Shown piece after piece: positions 38,116 to 48,301 of a stretch of 64,000 nucleotides of DNA (its first letter is position 1; the number at the start of each line of letters is the position of its first letter). Made by a program: the position numbers and the translations under genes. The notes beneath the pieces are model-generated. The model searched no databases, was not told the origin of the DNA, and worked only from the letters and a program-made list of their open reading frames with translations. Source of the DNA: a virus (lineage: Duplodnaviria > Caudoviricetes); the IMG/VR virus record IMGVR_UViG_3300031857_023573, positions 1-64,000 of that record, one strand, 5' to 3'.

Positions 38116-39645
38116 ATGTCAATAAATATACAAGATACATTTAAAGTTAACATCGGACTTCCAATCGACTCCAGGATTGTAGCAACAACTTCTGCAGTTA
38201 GAGATGCTATTACATATAAATATGATGGACTTAGTGTATTCCAATTAAGTGATAGAAAGACATACACTTGGAATGCGAATACTGCTACTTGGTCAGGTAC
38301 TGCTGATTTCGTGGGTGCTGGTAATGTGGGTTATCTGGCACGTTTTAGTGATGTTAGAGGACTTACCTCCTCAGCATTATATATGACGACTGGTTCTACT
38401 CCACTAAAGGGTAAAATAGGTATAAATACACCTAATCCGCAAGAAATATTTCAAATTAACGTTGATACAGGTAGTGCTGATCCTTTTGTTGTTTCTCAAG
38501 CTACTAATACGATTCTAGCACTTAACTGGTACAATGATGGAACTGATAAATCGTTTTCAAATGCAAATCCGTCTGCTGCAATAAAATTTAGAAGAACTGA
38601 TGGAGCAATACATTTTCTTAGTAGGGCTGCAAGCACTTCTGCTTTAGATTCAAGTGATACATTCAATGTAAATAACGTTTTAGCAAGATTTTCACTTGGT
38701 TCTATAAATTTCACTAGAGATTTGAATTTCAACAATGCTAACAGCGGTTCAAGTGCCGCTTATATTAGAGCTACTGGATCCGTCGTGTCATCTTTTTCGA
38801 CTAAGTCACTTCCAGACTATACCTGGAATAGCGATGGATCTACAGGTCTTTATCATCCAGCTTCCGCCAGAATTGGTTTTGCTATCGGTGGTCAACAGAA
38901 AATGGTACTTAACGCCAGTGGCTTACTTATAAGTTCAGATGATACAGCAGTAACAACACCGTCAAGCAGACTACACTTACACAACTCAACTGCTGCTCAA
39001 ACATATTTACAGATATCAAATGTTAATACTGGTAGTGGTGCGAACGATTCGATGCTTGTTGGAATAAGTCAAGAGGGTTGGCCTCAGATTCAAAGTAGAT
39101 GGGATAACAAACCATTTTTAATTAGATTTTCAAATGGTAATACTGGTGGTGGTAATTTCTTCCGATTCGAAAGAAACTATTTCACAATTTTCTCAAACGA
39201 ATTAGGAAGTGGTTTTAGTGAAATGACTTCAAATGCCTACGACCGTGTGATGTATGGAACTAGAAATTTTAACTGGTTTTCTGAGGCAAGTCAAGCATTC
39301 AGAACCGTTTTTCAACTTACATTACCTAGTAGTTCATCTGTCATTATTGAGTGTCAATTTAACACGTCGATAAATGCTAGTGGAAACAAACAGTTTAGAA
39401 ACCAGAAATCAATATACGCTTTTACAGTAAACTTATCAGGCGCTATACAACAATTGCCTGGTAGTCCTGATCTTATTTCAGAAAGTGCTTCTTCAAGTAT
39501 CTCATTTATTGGACAATCACAAGTTGTGTCTGCTGGTGCAAATACTTTAGCGTTTCAGGTAAATTTAGGTAATGGTGCGAATGGATGGTCAGGAAGATCG
39601 GTTGTTTCTTTTACATCAACGGTCAACAGATACCAAGGGCACTAA
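38116..39645 (+). CDS. Tail fibre-like structural protein
   Basis: LPIDSRIV..RDAI..KYDGL N-terminus; GKIGINTPNP and RIGFAIGG fibre motifs. Confidence 0.65.
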   Translation: MSINIQDTFKVNIGLPIDSRIVATTSAVRDAITYKYDGLSVFQLSDRKTYTWNANTATWSGTADFVGAGNVGYLARFSDVRGLTSSALYMTTGSTPLKGKIGINTPNPQEIFQINVDTGSADPFVVSQATNTILALNWYNDGTDKSFSNANPSAAIKFRRTDGAIHFLSRAASTSALDSSDTFNVNNVLARFSLGSINFTRDLNFNNANSGSSAAYIRATGSVVSSFSTKSLPDYTWNSDGSTGLYHPASARIGFAIGGQQKMVLNASGLLISSDDTAVTTPSSRLHLHNSTAAQTYLQISNVNTGSGANDSMLVGISQEGWPQIQSRWDNKPFLIRFSNGNTGGGNFFRFERNYFTIFSNELGSGFSEMTSNAYDRVMYGTRNFNWFSEASQAFRTVFQLTLPSSSSVIIECQFNTSINASGNKQFRNQKSIYAFTVNLSGAIQQLPGSPDLISESASSSISFIGQSQVVSAGANTLAFQVNLGNGANGWSGRSVVSFTSTVNRYQGH

Positions 39646-40334
39646 TTATCAACCTCTTCAAACCACCAGTTGAAATAAACAAAGTTGTCACCAGTCAAGG
39701 TATATTGATTACTATCATATTCAAAAATTAATCTACCGTCATATGATTTCAAAACTTCAATTATTGAGTTTTGTGGAAGTCTAAGTAATTTACCAGTGAG
39801 GTTTGAATAACAAATGACCTCATCTTTTAGTAGTTTGAACTTACCAAATTGAGGTTTCATCCAGTTTTTGATATGTTTGATAATTAATCCCTTGGTTTTG
39901 ATAATCCATTCTTTTGTTTGAAGTAAAAGATGGTCTTTGAATACCTCTGATTTAAATTCTGGATTATTTAATATATCTGTAATAACGCCCCAATATTCAT
40001 CTTCGTCAATTTTAAAACTTAAATAAACATCATACTGAAAACTACTTGATTTCACTATTCTAATGATTTTTACATTTGAAATTTCTTGGTCTTCTAGTGA
40101 AAGTTTTGACTTTAGTGTTTTATAACCTTGTGTATTCTGAAGAGCTCTTGAAAGGTTTCCAAGTTTTGATATTGCTTGTCTTACTACATCTTCGTGTTTG
40201 TCAAATGCATTAATAGAAAGGCTAGGATCATCAACGTGAATTGATGCCCTCACACTATCGGAATTCAATCTTTGGTAGTTGAACTCAGTCGATTCATTTA
40301 CAAGAAATTTTTTGTAATTCGATATTCTTTTCAT
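39642..40334 (-). CDS. Hypothetical protein with N-terminal tag (MKRISNYKKFLVNES)
   Basis: ORF; shares bidirectional TAATATATATATTA at 40361-40374. Confidence 0.75.
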   Translation of the reverse strand: MKRISNYKKFLVNESTEFNYQRLNSDSVRASIHVDDPSLSINAFDKHEDVVRQAISKLGNLSRALQNTQGYKTLKSKLSLEDQEISNVKIIRIVKSSSFQYDVYLSFKIDEDEYWGVITDILNNPEFKSEVFKDHLLLQTKEWIIKTKGLIIKHIKNWMKPQFGKFKLLKDEVICYSNLTGKLLRLPQNSIIEVLKSYDGRLIFEYDSNQYTLTGDNFVYFNWWFEEVDN

Positions 40335-40391
40335 TAGTAATAATCAGTATTAAAAAATAATAATATATATATTAAAATCTAATGTTATAAT

Positions 40392-40697
40392 ATGAAGATT
40401 AACAGATTCAATGAAAGTGAAGTTCAAAATTTATCCTCTGATAGAACAGACGAGATTATAAAAAGTCTTCAAGAACTATCAGTTTTAATAAATCAAAAAG
40501 ATGAGATAATTGAGTCATTAATAAATGAGTTAAATAATTTTAGAGATGTGTCTAAGTCTAAAAATGATCAAATTGACGATTCAATTTCGAATTTACAAAT
40601 TGTAAAATCTAGTTTTGTTGAGTCACTTGATAAAATGAATAACGTAGTTATCAGTTTGAACGATTACAAAGAGTCGGGTAGAAAATACTTATATTAA
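40392..40697 (+). CDS. Coiled-coil protein with N-terminal tag (MKINRFNES)
   Basis: ORF followed by terminator. Confidence 0.75.
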   Translation: MKINRFNESEVQNLSSDRTDEIIKSLQELSVLINQKDEIIESLINELNNFRDVSKSKNDQIDDSISNLQIVKSSFVESLDKMNNVVISLNDYKESGRKYLY

Positions 40698-40700
40698 TAA

Positions 40701-40725
40701 AAAAGTCCTCAATTTGAGGACTTTT
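40701..40725. terminator. Bidirectional intrinsic terminator
   Basis: AAAAGTCCTC-AATTT-GAGGACTTTT. Confidence 0.85.
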
Positions 40726-40729
40726 CTTT

Positions 40730-41200
40730 TTACTTTAGATAAGTAAGTTTATAAATTGTTTTATAAAAAAGAGCTATGATTTCATCTACAATATTGTGAA
40801 GGTGTGTATCTTCTGATGATATTGCCTTTCTTTCTTTCTTAATAAATTCTACATTTTCTTTTAAGTAGTCTAAAGATTTAGTTTCACTAGTAATTGAGGA
40901 ATCAATTATTTCATATCCTTCTACAATTCCGTATTGACCTTGATATGTCTCGATTAGATCATCAGTGAATTCTAAAATCTCATTATAAAATTCACCAAGT
41001 GCTTCGTGTTGCCATCCAGAACCCATATCACCTTGAACTTGAAGATGAAAAATATGTGAAACCTGTCTTACTTCAAATAACTTTGAAAAGAAGATTGCAA
41101 CTTCTGATTTTTCTATTTGAACTTCTGGTTCATTTTGAACAATTTCTTGTTCATTTAATTTTTCAATTTTTTGTATTTTAAAATCACTAAATCTTTTCAC
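40730..41200 (-). CDS. Ferritin/Dps-like four-helix protein (DUF5856-like) with N-terminal tag
   Basis: SHIFHLQV..HEALGEFY..DDLIETYQGQYG..NIVDEI..TIYKL. Confidence 0.7.
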   Translation of the reverse strand: MKRFSDFKIQKIEKLNEQEIVQNEPEVQIEKSEVAIFFSKLFEVRQVSHIFHLQVQGDMGSGWQHEALGEFYNEILEFTDDLIETYQGQYGIVEGYEIIDSSITSETKSLDYLKENVEFIKKERKAISSEDTHLHNIVDEIIALFYKTIYKLTYLK

Positions 41201-41224
41201 TTTGATTATTATTTTTTTTATATA

Positions 41225-41407
41225 TTATTTTGTCTCACCAATATTTTTGATGGTATATTCTGACTGTTCTTGGATTGACTGAAGAATTGAATCAGACATG
41301 TATCCGGCTTCTCCTTCATTTTCAGCAAAAATTTCTAGTTTTACTTCAGCAACTACTTCATATTTTTTCAAATATTTATTTTCTAATATTTTCGTGAACT
41401 TTTTCAT
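41225..41407 (-). CDS. Small protein with N-terminal tag (MKKFTKILEN)
   Basis: ORF coupled to upstream gene. Confidence 0.65.
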   Translation of the reverse strand: MKKFTKILENKYLKKYEVVAEVKLEIFAENEGEAGYMSDSILQSIQEQSEYTIKNIGETK

Positions 41408-42477
41408 AAGCTTGCCTTTATATTATTTGCTTTCCTTTTTATTGTCTTGCCTTGAAAATTTATTCTTTTCTGCCAATATTTTAAAAATTCAAGACAATTC
41501 ATTTTATTCAATGTTTCAAAACTTATTACCGGTTGTGTTTTTTGATTATCACATTCTCTTTTATAAGTTTTTACCCACATATCTTTTATTCTATCTGCAA
41601 CATCAGATTCTATTCCTTTATAAGGTTCGTGATCAGAAATTTTACTTAGGAGTTCTTCATAATACTTTTCTGCGTTGAATTTTTCCATCTCATCTGCCTT
41701 TTTATAAATTCTGAACTCAGATAGCTCTTTTTTTGGATATTTTTTTATAAAGTAGTAAATTTCTTGAATATTTGCTCTTGTTTCATGAAATTCAGAAAAG
41801 TAAAGAAAATAGGCGAAGTTTGTCCAGAATTTCCAGATATTTTTTGGAAATTTCCAAATATTTTCAGCCCAGCTAAGTGTTGAGTTAAAACTTCTACTTT
41901 CTGGTCTTATTATTTTAGATTTCCTCTTAACTCTAACATAGTGCTCATAACAATGATGTAGCTCATGATAAACAGTTGAGTTTATATCATCTTCCAGAAT
42001 ATTCTTATAAGTTCTGTTTTTATAATCAAAATCAGGTCCAATATCAATTGAAATTCCTAAATAAATTATTACAGAGTCGTCAGAAACTTGTTTGACTGGT
42101 TCAAGTATTCTTGAGTATCCAGACCAATTTTTATTACCGAAATACGATGCAAAACCACCTGTTTTAATTTCTAAATTTTTATCTGAAGTAGAAGGTGGGT
42201 ATTTTTTATCAAAATCTTTTTTTGATAGCTTATTAAAATCAATTTGTATTTCAAATTGTATTACTGGAAAATCAGACCAAAGTTCTTTATTATAAATAAG
42301 AGGATTTAATATTCTGTAGTCAATAGTTTCTATGGTTTGAAGTACATTTTCACCAGAATAAAAAAAATCAACAAATTTTGATCTAACTCTTCTGAATATC
42401 GTATTACTGAACATCAAGGATGATTCAGATACACCAAACTTTTCAAGTAAAAAATTCTGAAATGTTTTTAACCTCAT
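41404..42477 (-). CDS. Zincin-like (HExxH) protein with N-terminal tag
   Basis: VYHELHHCYE, downstream HETRA; TAATATATA at 42505-42513. Confidence 0.6.
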   Translation of the reverse strand: MRLKTFQNFLLEKFGVSESSLMFSNTIFRRVRSKFVDFFYSGENVLQTIETIDYRILNPLIYNKELWSDFPVIQFEIQIDFNKLSKKDFDKKYPPSTSDKNLEIKTGGFASYFGNKNWSGYSRILEPVKQVSDDSVIIYLGISIDIGPDFDYKNRTYKNILEDDINSTVYHELHHCYEHYVRVKRKSKIIRPESRSFNSTLSWAENIWKFPKNIWKFWTNFAYFLYFSEFHETRANIQEIYYFIKKYPKKELSEFRIYKKADEMEKFNAEKYYEELLSKISDHEPYKGIESDVADRIKDMWVKTYKRECDNQKTQPVISFETLNKMNCLEFLKYWQKRINFQGKTIKRKANNIKASL

Positions 42478-42525
42478 AAAACAATAATTAATTGTATTTG
42501 AGATTATATATTAAAATCTAAAGGT

Positions 42526-43008
42526 TTATAATTGTGAAAGCCACTTTTCAATTTGTCTATCAGCAACTTCAATTATATCTTTCTTTTGGAACTTACCATA
42601 GTTTAAAATATCCATTGTCATAATTAGACAGTCAACAGTTTCAAGAAGTATATTATTCTTTATTTCTTCTTTTGATAGATCAGAATTTTTAAAGCCTTTT
42701 AATTTTAAGACTTCAGCAGAGAGTTCTCCAACCTCTTCTTGTAACTTAATAACTCTTTCTGTTAACCCATATCCTTGCATTGAAGTTACATTCTTAATAA
42801 GATCAAAGATGTAATCGAGGTCCTCGTTTGTGAAATCATCCTCTAATCTCACTTTAGATAAATTATTTTGCTCCCAGTGGTCAATTAGTTGTTGAATTAC
42901 AAGAATATCGTTAGTTTGTTCTTCACTTAATTCTACACCGTAGAGACTATCTAAATATTTTGTGTATTTTGAGTAGTCATCGTGAGAATTTATAGGTGTG
43001 ATTTTCAT
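42526..43008 (-). CDS. MazG-like NTP pyrophosphohydrolase with HigA-like N-terminal domain
   Basis: KLQEEVGEL..ETVDCLI (MazG); N-terminus KITPINSHDDY..LIDHWE. Confidence 0.7.
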   Translation of the reverse strand: MKITPINSHDDYSKYTKYLDSLYGVELSEEQTNDILVIQQLIDHWEQNNLSKVRLEDDFTNEDLDYIFDLIKNVTSMQGYGLTERVIKLQEEVGELSAEVLKLKGFKNSDLSKEEIKNNILLETVDCLIMTMDILNYGKFQKKDIIEVADRQIEKWLSQL

Positions 43009-43056
43009 ATTATAGTTAATTAAAATAATATATACAGAAAAATATATACTTTATAT

Positions 43057-43323
43057 ATGAAATATTTAAAAATGTTTGAAGAATTTAGAATGAGTCCAGA
43101 AACTGCAGAACCAGTGATTGCACCACCTTCAACGCCAACAGAAACACCAAGACCTTGGAGACCAGTTCCAACTCAAGTTCCAAGACCTGGTACAGAAGAA
43201 AAACCAATGGGTTCGTTTGAAGAAGTTATGGATATTTTCTTTTATGAATTAGATAAGATTAAAGACACACCAGAAGGTCAATCAATTATAAAAAAATTAC
43301 AAGATAAATATGGCAATCTCTAA
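43057..43323 (+). CDS. Pro-rich small protein with N-terminal tag (MKYLKMFEEF)
   Basis: ORF; TAATATATA at 43026-43034. Confidence 0.75.
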   Translation: MKYLKMFEEFRMSPETAEPVIAPPSTPTETPRPWRPVPTQVPRPGTEEKPMGSFEEVMDIFFYELDKIKDTPEGQSIIKKLQDKYGNL

Positions 43324-44737
43324 AAAATTCTCACAGTTTTTAAATGAGGCTTCACTAAAGGGCAATATTGGTGTTCCAGGTGAAGGTGGAACTGAAGGTT
43401 CTTGGATCGATTCGATAAATCGCGAACAAAGAGACAAAGTCAGAGACTTTGAAAGAACTAATATGAATCTTTTAAGAGATTTTCCAAGAATTATTCAGAA
43501 TTCTCAATCATTACAAAGAGGTAAAGAAAAAGAACTTTCTGAACTTTGTCAAAAGTCGTTTTATCAATTATTTGGTACTTTACTTGACGATGTCACCCTT
43601 GATTTAAAAATTAGTCAAGAGGCTCGTCAGATGATGTCAGGTACACCCGAAAAATCTACTCAAAAAGTTGAAAATATTGTAGACCAGAGAGTTCTAGATG
43701 AAATAATGAAAAGAAAAATTCTAAGAACAATTCAACAAGGAAAGGGTCTTAATTCTAAATCATTACTAAACCTACCAATGTTTAAAGATGGTATAAAAGA
43801 AATTTTAGGAGAAAGAAACTCAGAATTATACATTAACAATTTGAACAATATAGTTAAAGTTATGGCATTTTTTGATGCGACTCTATCAGAAGCTCAAATC
43901 TCACAAGCTCTAAAGATGAATGCACAAGGCGCTTGTGATATTAAGATAGAAGAAGAAAAAAAGGATAAAGATAAACAAAAAGATGCAGAACAACTTCTTA
44001 ATGATTTAGAAAACGGTATTGATCTTACTGAAACTGAATCAGATATACTTAGTGACATTAAAGTTACAATTAAGGCACGTGGTGTTGATATGGGTATATT
44101 AATTCACGAATCACTTAAAGGTATTTATAAGTTAGCGACTCAAATGAGTCTTGAGCACTTACCAGAAGAACTAGCTAAACAAGTTTTGCAAAATGTTGAT
44201 ACTATTGCGGATGAGCCACAAGAATTTAAGTATGGTCCATCTATGCAAAAGCAGTTTGAAAAAGTTGTTAATTCTCACCCAAGAGTAAAAAAGATACTTG
44301 ATGAATATCAAAGAGTAATTACTCAGGGAGATTTTGAAGAGAGTAAAGCTGCAGAAAATGAAATTGCTTCTTTTCAAGAACAACTATTCTTTTATGTGTT
44401 TGGATACTTAGCTAATCTTGGAAAAGAAAATCCAAAAGATATGTTGAATGTTGTTTATGCTGTCTTGGCTGATAAGAAAGATGACATTGAAAAATTGTTT
44501 TTCCCAATAATTGTTGATTCTGTTACTGGAATAGAAAAAGAGTTTGAATATCAAATGTCGAAGAAAAAGACACAAGCTGAAAAGACTGACGTAAAATCAG
44601 AGGTAAAGCCAGACGTTAAAGTAGAAATTACACTTGCTGACTTACAAGAGCAACTTGATGATGCTTTAGATAATGAAGATTATGAAAAGGCATCTGAAAT
44701 CAGAGATGAGATAAAAAAAAGATTTCCAAATAAATAA
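43310..44737 (+). CDS. Helical protein with C-terminal UVR domain and N-terminal tag
   Basis: LQEQLDDALDNEDYEKASEIRDEIKK; start MAISKKFSQFLNEA. Confidence 0.7.
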   Translation: MAISKKFSQFLNEASLKGNIGVPGEGGTEGSWIDSINREQRDKVRDFERTNMNLLRDFPRIIQNSQSLQRGKEKELSELCQKSFYQLFGTLLDDVTLDLKISQEARQMMSGTPEKSTQKVENIVDQRVLDEIMKRKILRTIQQGKGLNSKSLLNLPMFKDGIKEILGERNSELYINNLNNIVKVMAFFDATLSEAQISQALKMNAQGACDIKIEEEKKDKDKQKDAEQLLNDLENGIDLTETESDILSDIKVTIKARGVDMGILIHESLKGIYKLATQMSLEHLPEELAKQVLQNVDTIADEPQEFKYGPSMQKQFEKVVNSHPRVKKILDEYQRVITQGDFEESKAAENEIASFQEQLFFYVFGYLANLGKENPKDMLNVVYAVLADKKDDIEKLFFPIIVDSVTGIEKEFEYQMSKKKTQAEKTDVKSEVKPDVKVEITLADLQEQLDDALDNEDYEKASEIRDEIKKRFPNK

Positions 44738-44743
44738 TTAATT

Positions 44744-46726
44744 ATGTTACTTAGATTTCAAGACTTTAAATTAAATGAAAATGTAGCCGCTGCTAAAAAA
44801 ATATTGAAAGACACTTTCGTATTGAACAAGGCTTTAAAGGAACTAAATCTTGGGTTTAAGACCGATTCGACTGGAATGTTTCTTTTTGATAAGTCTGATG
44901 CTCCTATAAATTTCAGTGATCTGCCTGAAGAAGTTCAGGTTGAGGTAAAAAAGAAGATTAGAGAGATCAAATTAACTGAAGAGGAGCAAAGAGTGGTTGA
45001 AAGACATCCAAAATTTAATGAAATAAGAGAAATCTTGGGCGATAAATTAGGATGGGCAGGTCTATTTGCCTATCTATATTTTAAAGAAAAGGTTGAAATA
45101 AACGAACTTAAATTAATATTCGATGACCTTGTTGCTTTTCAGGACTTACTTGGAAAATTAAGAAGACCTATTTCAAATTATATAGACACAAACATACCTA
45201 ATAATTCTGAACAACTTATAGATGATATAGAAGATATCAAAAGATATAGAAAGTTAAAAAAGTTCATAGATGAGTTTAATAAAGATTTAAAAGCAGACTA
45301 TGCTGTGACTCCAAAGTATTTTAAAGATAGACTTATAGATATTGCTACTGCATTTGATGACTTAGGAAAAGAACAAAGTGGTAAAGTTGACCCAGACAAG
45401 CAAAGAGCTATTCAAAAAAGATTTTTTGATAAAATTGGAAGATATAAAACCGTTAGAGAGTTGACAGATGGAGCTGATTCGTTTTTAAAGGCAGAGTCAA
45501 ATGCAGATGTGGCTAAGTTTTACCAAGCAATAGATAAGTGTAATAAAAAATACGGTGAATATGGTATAAAAGTTCTCTATGATGAGGGTGGACTTTTAAT
45601 AATGGAAGTTAAGTCGTTTTCAGCTTGTAAAGAACTCTTCTCAAATACATCTTGGTGTATAGCTCAGTATTTAGGTCAGTGGAATAGTTATGTTGGTGGT
45701 GATGATGTATTTAACAAACAATATGCTATTTTAAATTTCAATTTACCACCATCTAATAATGAATCTATTATTGGTATAACAATCGCTCCTAGACAAGAGG
45801 TTAGAGCTTGTCATTTGAAAAACGATGCTAATGCTAAGGGTAATTTTCAGAGTATTTTTAATAAATTTGAAGAATCTTTGGGATTGGAAAGGGGATTTAT
45901 CTGGAAAGGACTTGAGCCAATGTCAAGTAAAGAGATTGATGAGAAGAAAAGAAGAATTGTAGCAAATAGAGAAGTTGTTAAAAAAGGTCTATCTCTTGAA
46001 CAATTGAAGAAGTATATTGTTGACGATGGTGCTGATGTAAATGCTGGAAATGGTCAAGCTCTAGATAATGCAGTTGCAGAAGATGACATCTCAAAAGTAG
46101 AATTTCTTTTAGATTTTGGAGCATCTGCTAATTTAAGAAATAGACAAGAGGCAACCGTTAACAAAGTTAAATCATTTGAAATTTTAAAACTATTGATTAA
46201 AAAAGGAGCCGAAATCACACCACAAGTATTTAAATCATTAGTTGAAGATGAAAATGCAATTAAATTCTGTCTTGATAATGGTTTAGATCCTAATTTTGAA
46301 GATAATATGCCACTTAGACTCGCTGTTAAAAATGGTAAATTAAACATTGTAAAAATGCTTGAAGAATATAATGTGAGCACTGAGAATAGAAGGCAGATGA
46401 ATACTAAGCACGCTGCTGAGTTTCAAAGATGGGATATTTTAGAGTATTTTATTAACAAAGGTGGATCCTATATTGAAGGATTTGAAAATGTGTTAAAATG
46501 GATTGGACACACTCAAAAAATTCAACCAGTTGAGAAGAAACTAGAAGTCTTAGATAGACTTCAAGGTTATATCGATAGTGGTAAAGTAAAAGTTAGTGAA
46601 TCTGGATATAAAGTTGGAAGTAATCGTGATGCTAAATTAGAAGATGTTTTGAATCAATTCGGTAGTGTCAAAAACTGGATTGTTGGTCAACACGAAGATC
46701 TGAAAAGAGCTAGTCAATCAAGATAG
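44744..46726 (+). CDS. Ankyrin-repeat protein with N-terminal tag
   Basis: GADVNAGNGQALDNAV..VEFLLDFGA, PNFEDNMPLRLAVKNGKLNIVKML; SWCIA domain upstream. Confidence 0.8.
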   Translation: MLLRFQDFKLNENVAAAKKILKDTFVLNKALKELNLGFKTDSTGMFLFDKSDAPINFSDLPEEVQVEVKKKIREIKLTEEEQRVVERHPKFNEIREILGDKLGWAGLFAYLYFKEKVEINELKLIFDDLVAFQDLLGKLRRPISNYIDTNIPNNSEQLIDDIEDIKRYRKLKKFIDEFNKDLKADYAVTPKYFKDRLIDIATAFDDLGKEQSGKVDPDKQRAIQKRFFDKIGRYKTVRELTDGADSFLKAESNADVAKFYQAIDKCNKKYGEYGIKVLYDEGGLLIMEVKSFSACKELFSNTSWCIAQYLGQWNSYVGGDDVFNKQYAILNFNLPPSNNESIIGITIAPRQEVRACHLKNDANAKGNFQSIFNKFEESLGLERGFIWKGLEPMSSKEIDEKKRRIVANREVVKKGLSLEQLKKYIVDDGADVNAGNGQALDNAVAEDDISKVEFLLDFGASANLRNRQEATVNKVKSFEILKLLIKKGAEITPQVFKSLVEDENAIKFCLDNGLDPNFEDNMPLRLAVKNGKLNIVKMLEEYNVSTENRRQMNTKHAAEFQRWDILEYFINKGGSYIEGFENVLKWIGHTQKIQPVEKKLEVLDRLQGYIDSGKVKVSESGYKVGSNRDAKLEDVLNQFGSVKNWIVGQHEDLKRASQSR

Positions 46727-47194
46727 AAGATCATCTAGGTTAGAATCCCTAGACAATCCACTTTCTTTTAATATTAAGCTGTAAAGTTCTTCAAAGTTAG
46801 AATCATTTAGTTCTTTGAATACTTCTTTTGATTTTTCTAATACCTCATAATATAGATTTTCATCTTTAAAGGCAAATTTCTTGTCTTTCCAATGTAAAAG
46901 ATATCCTATATCTTTCATAATATCTAAACTTAGATAATCACTTGAGTTTGAATTATAATTTAAATTAAAACCGTTTTCTGAAGAGATGTAAATGTGGTCC
47001 TTATCTACACTCATGTTGAGTGTGTCACGAAGTTTAAGTAATCGAAAAATCATATTTCTAGTTTTCTTTTTAATCTCTTTAGTTGGTTCAGTGAATAATA
47101 AGTTTTGAAAACTGTTACTTGATTCTAATACTTTAATTTCATGAAGTTCTTTTATTGATTGATTAATAACTTTTTTGATTTTTTTCGATTTCAT
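46718..47194 (-). CDS. Hypothetical protein, C-terminal RDSNLDDLL tag variant
   Basis: ORF; AAACTA-N15-TATAAA upstream (47200-47226). Confidence 0.7.
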   Translation of the reverse strand: MKSKKIKKVINQSIKELHEIKVLESSNSFQNLLFTEPTKEIKKKTRNMIFRLLKLRDTLNMSVDKDHIYISSENGFNLNYNSNSSDYLSLDIMKDIGYLLHWKDKKFAFKDENLYYEVLEKSKEVFKELNDSNFEELYSLILKESGLSRDSNLDDLLS

Positions 47195-47258
47195 AAAATT
47201 TTATATCAAATTGCAAGAGATAGTTTATTAAGATATATACTTTAAATATTTTGAAATT

Positions 47259-47966
47259 TTGAACATTATATCAATAGATCCTTCACTAATTTCTACTGCA
47301 CTTGTTGTTAACGGAAAAATTTTTAACTATTGTAGAGAATCGAAAGTTATGCTAAAAAGTGGTATGTCGAAATGGTTCAAATCAGCTGAGCAATATTGCA
47401 CTTATAGATTTATTTCGTACAGAGAGTTTTCTAACTATTCTGATGGTGAGTTAATTAAATTGAAGGATTATGATCAAATCACAGAAATGATAATTAACGA
47501 CATACTTGAGAATATTAAATCAAATGAGGAATCCGTTGTTGGAATCGAAGGGTATAATTTCGGCGCAACCGTTGGAGATTTAATAGATTTAGTTACATTT
47601 TCAACTTTACTTAGAAAGAAATTATATGATAGGGTATCTGAAAATATAATTGTAATGTCACCCTCTACACTTAAATTAGAGGCTTGTAAATTGACTTATG
47701 AGCCAATAGTTAAAGAGATAGGAAAAAAGGTTAAAAGAATAGAGTATGAGTGGAGAAATAAACTTGGAATTTCTGGTGGTAAATTCACCAAAAGAGATAT
47801 GGCACTGTGTATAATTGAAAATGATAAAATTAATCACGATTGGTTTAAATATTTAAAGTCTATCAAAAGTGAACTTCTAGAGGTTAAAGATATTCAAAAG
47901 CCTCATGAAGATATTAATGATGCTGTTTTAATTTACCACGTTTTAAAATCAGATTTTCAGAAATAG
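47259..47966 (+). CDS. RuvC-like Holliday junction resolvase/endonuclease
   Basis: IISIDPS..TAL, VGIEGYNFG, KFTK, DINDAVLI. Confidence 0.7.
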   Translation: MNIISIDPSLISTALVVNGKIFNYCRESKVMLKSGMSKWFKSAEQYCTYRFISYREFSNYSDGELIKLKDYDQITEMIINDILENIKSNEESVVGIEGYNFGATVGDLIDLVTFSTLLRKKLYDRVSENIIVMSPSTLKLEACKLTYEPIVKEIGKKVKRIEYEWRNKLGISGGKFTKRDMALCIIENDKINHDWFKYLKSIKSELLEVKDIQKPHEDINDAVLIYHVLKSDFQK

Positions 47967-47977
47967 ATATATAATTT

Positions 47978-48301
47978 ATGAATCAAATGGATTTTGAAAA
48001 ATTGTTTGGTGATAATTCTAAAGATTATTTCGAATTGTTAATTAAGAAGTATAATTTAAAGCCAAAATATGTGGTTTATCAAAATGAACAAGATGAAGTT
48101 ATCGTTGATGAACAATGGACATCAGAAAATACTGAAAAAGTTAAAGCAAATAGAATTTTCAAATTTGATCCTAATTTTCTTGATTTAATTGAAGATGAAT
48201 GTGTAAATGAAGTTTTAGAAAAAGTAATAGAGCTGTATGTTTCTATTGAGGATTATGAAAATGCTGCAATAGTTAAAAATATTCTCGATTCTGAGTATTA
48301 A
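47978..48301 (+). CDS. Hypothetical protein with C-terminal UVR-like motif
   Basis: LEKVIELYVSIEDYENAAIVKNIL. Confidence 0.65.
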   Translation: MNQMDFEKLFGDNSKDYFELLIKKYNLKPKYVVYQNEQDEVIVDEQWTSENTEKVKANRIFKFDPNFLDLIEDECVNEVLEKVIELYVSIEDYENAAIVKNILDSEY

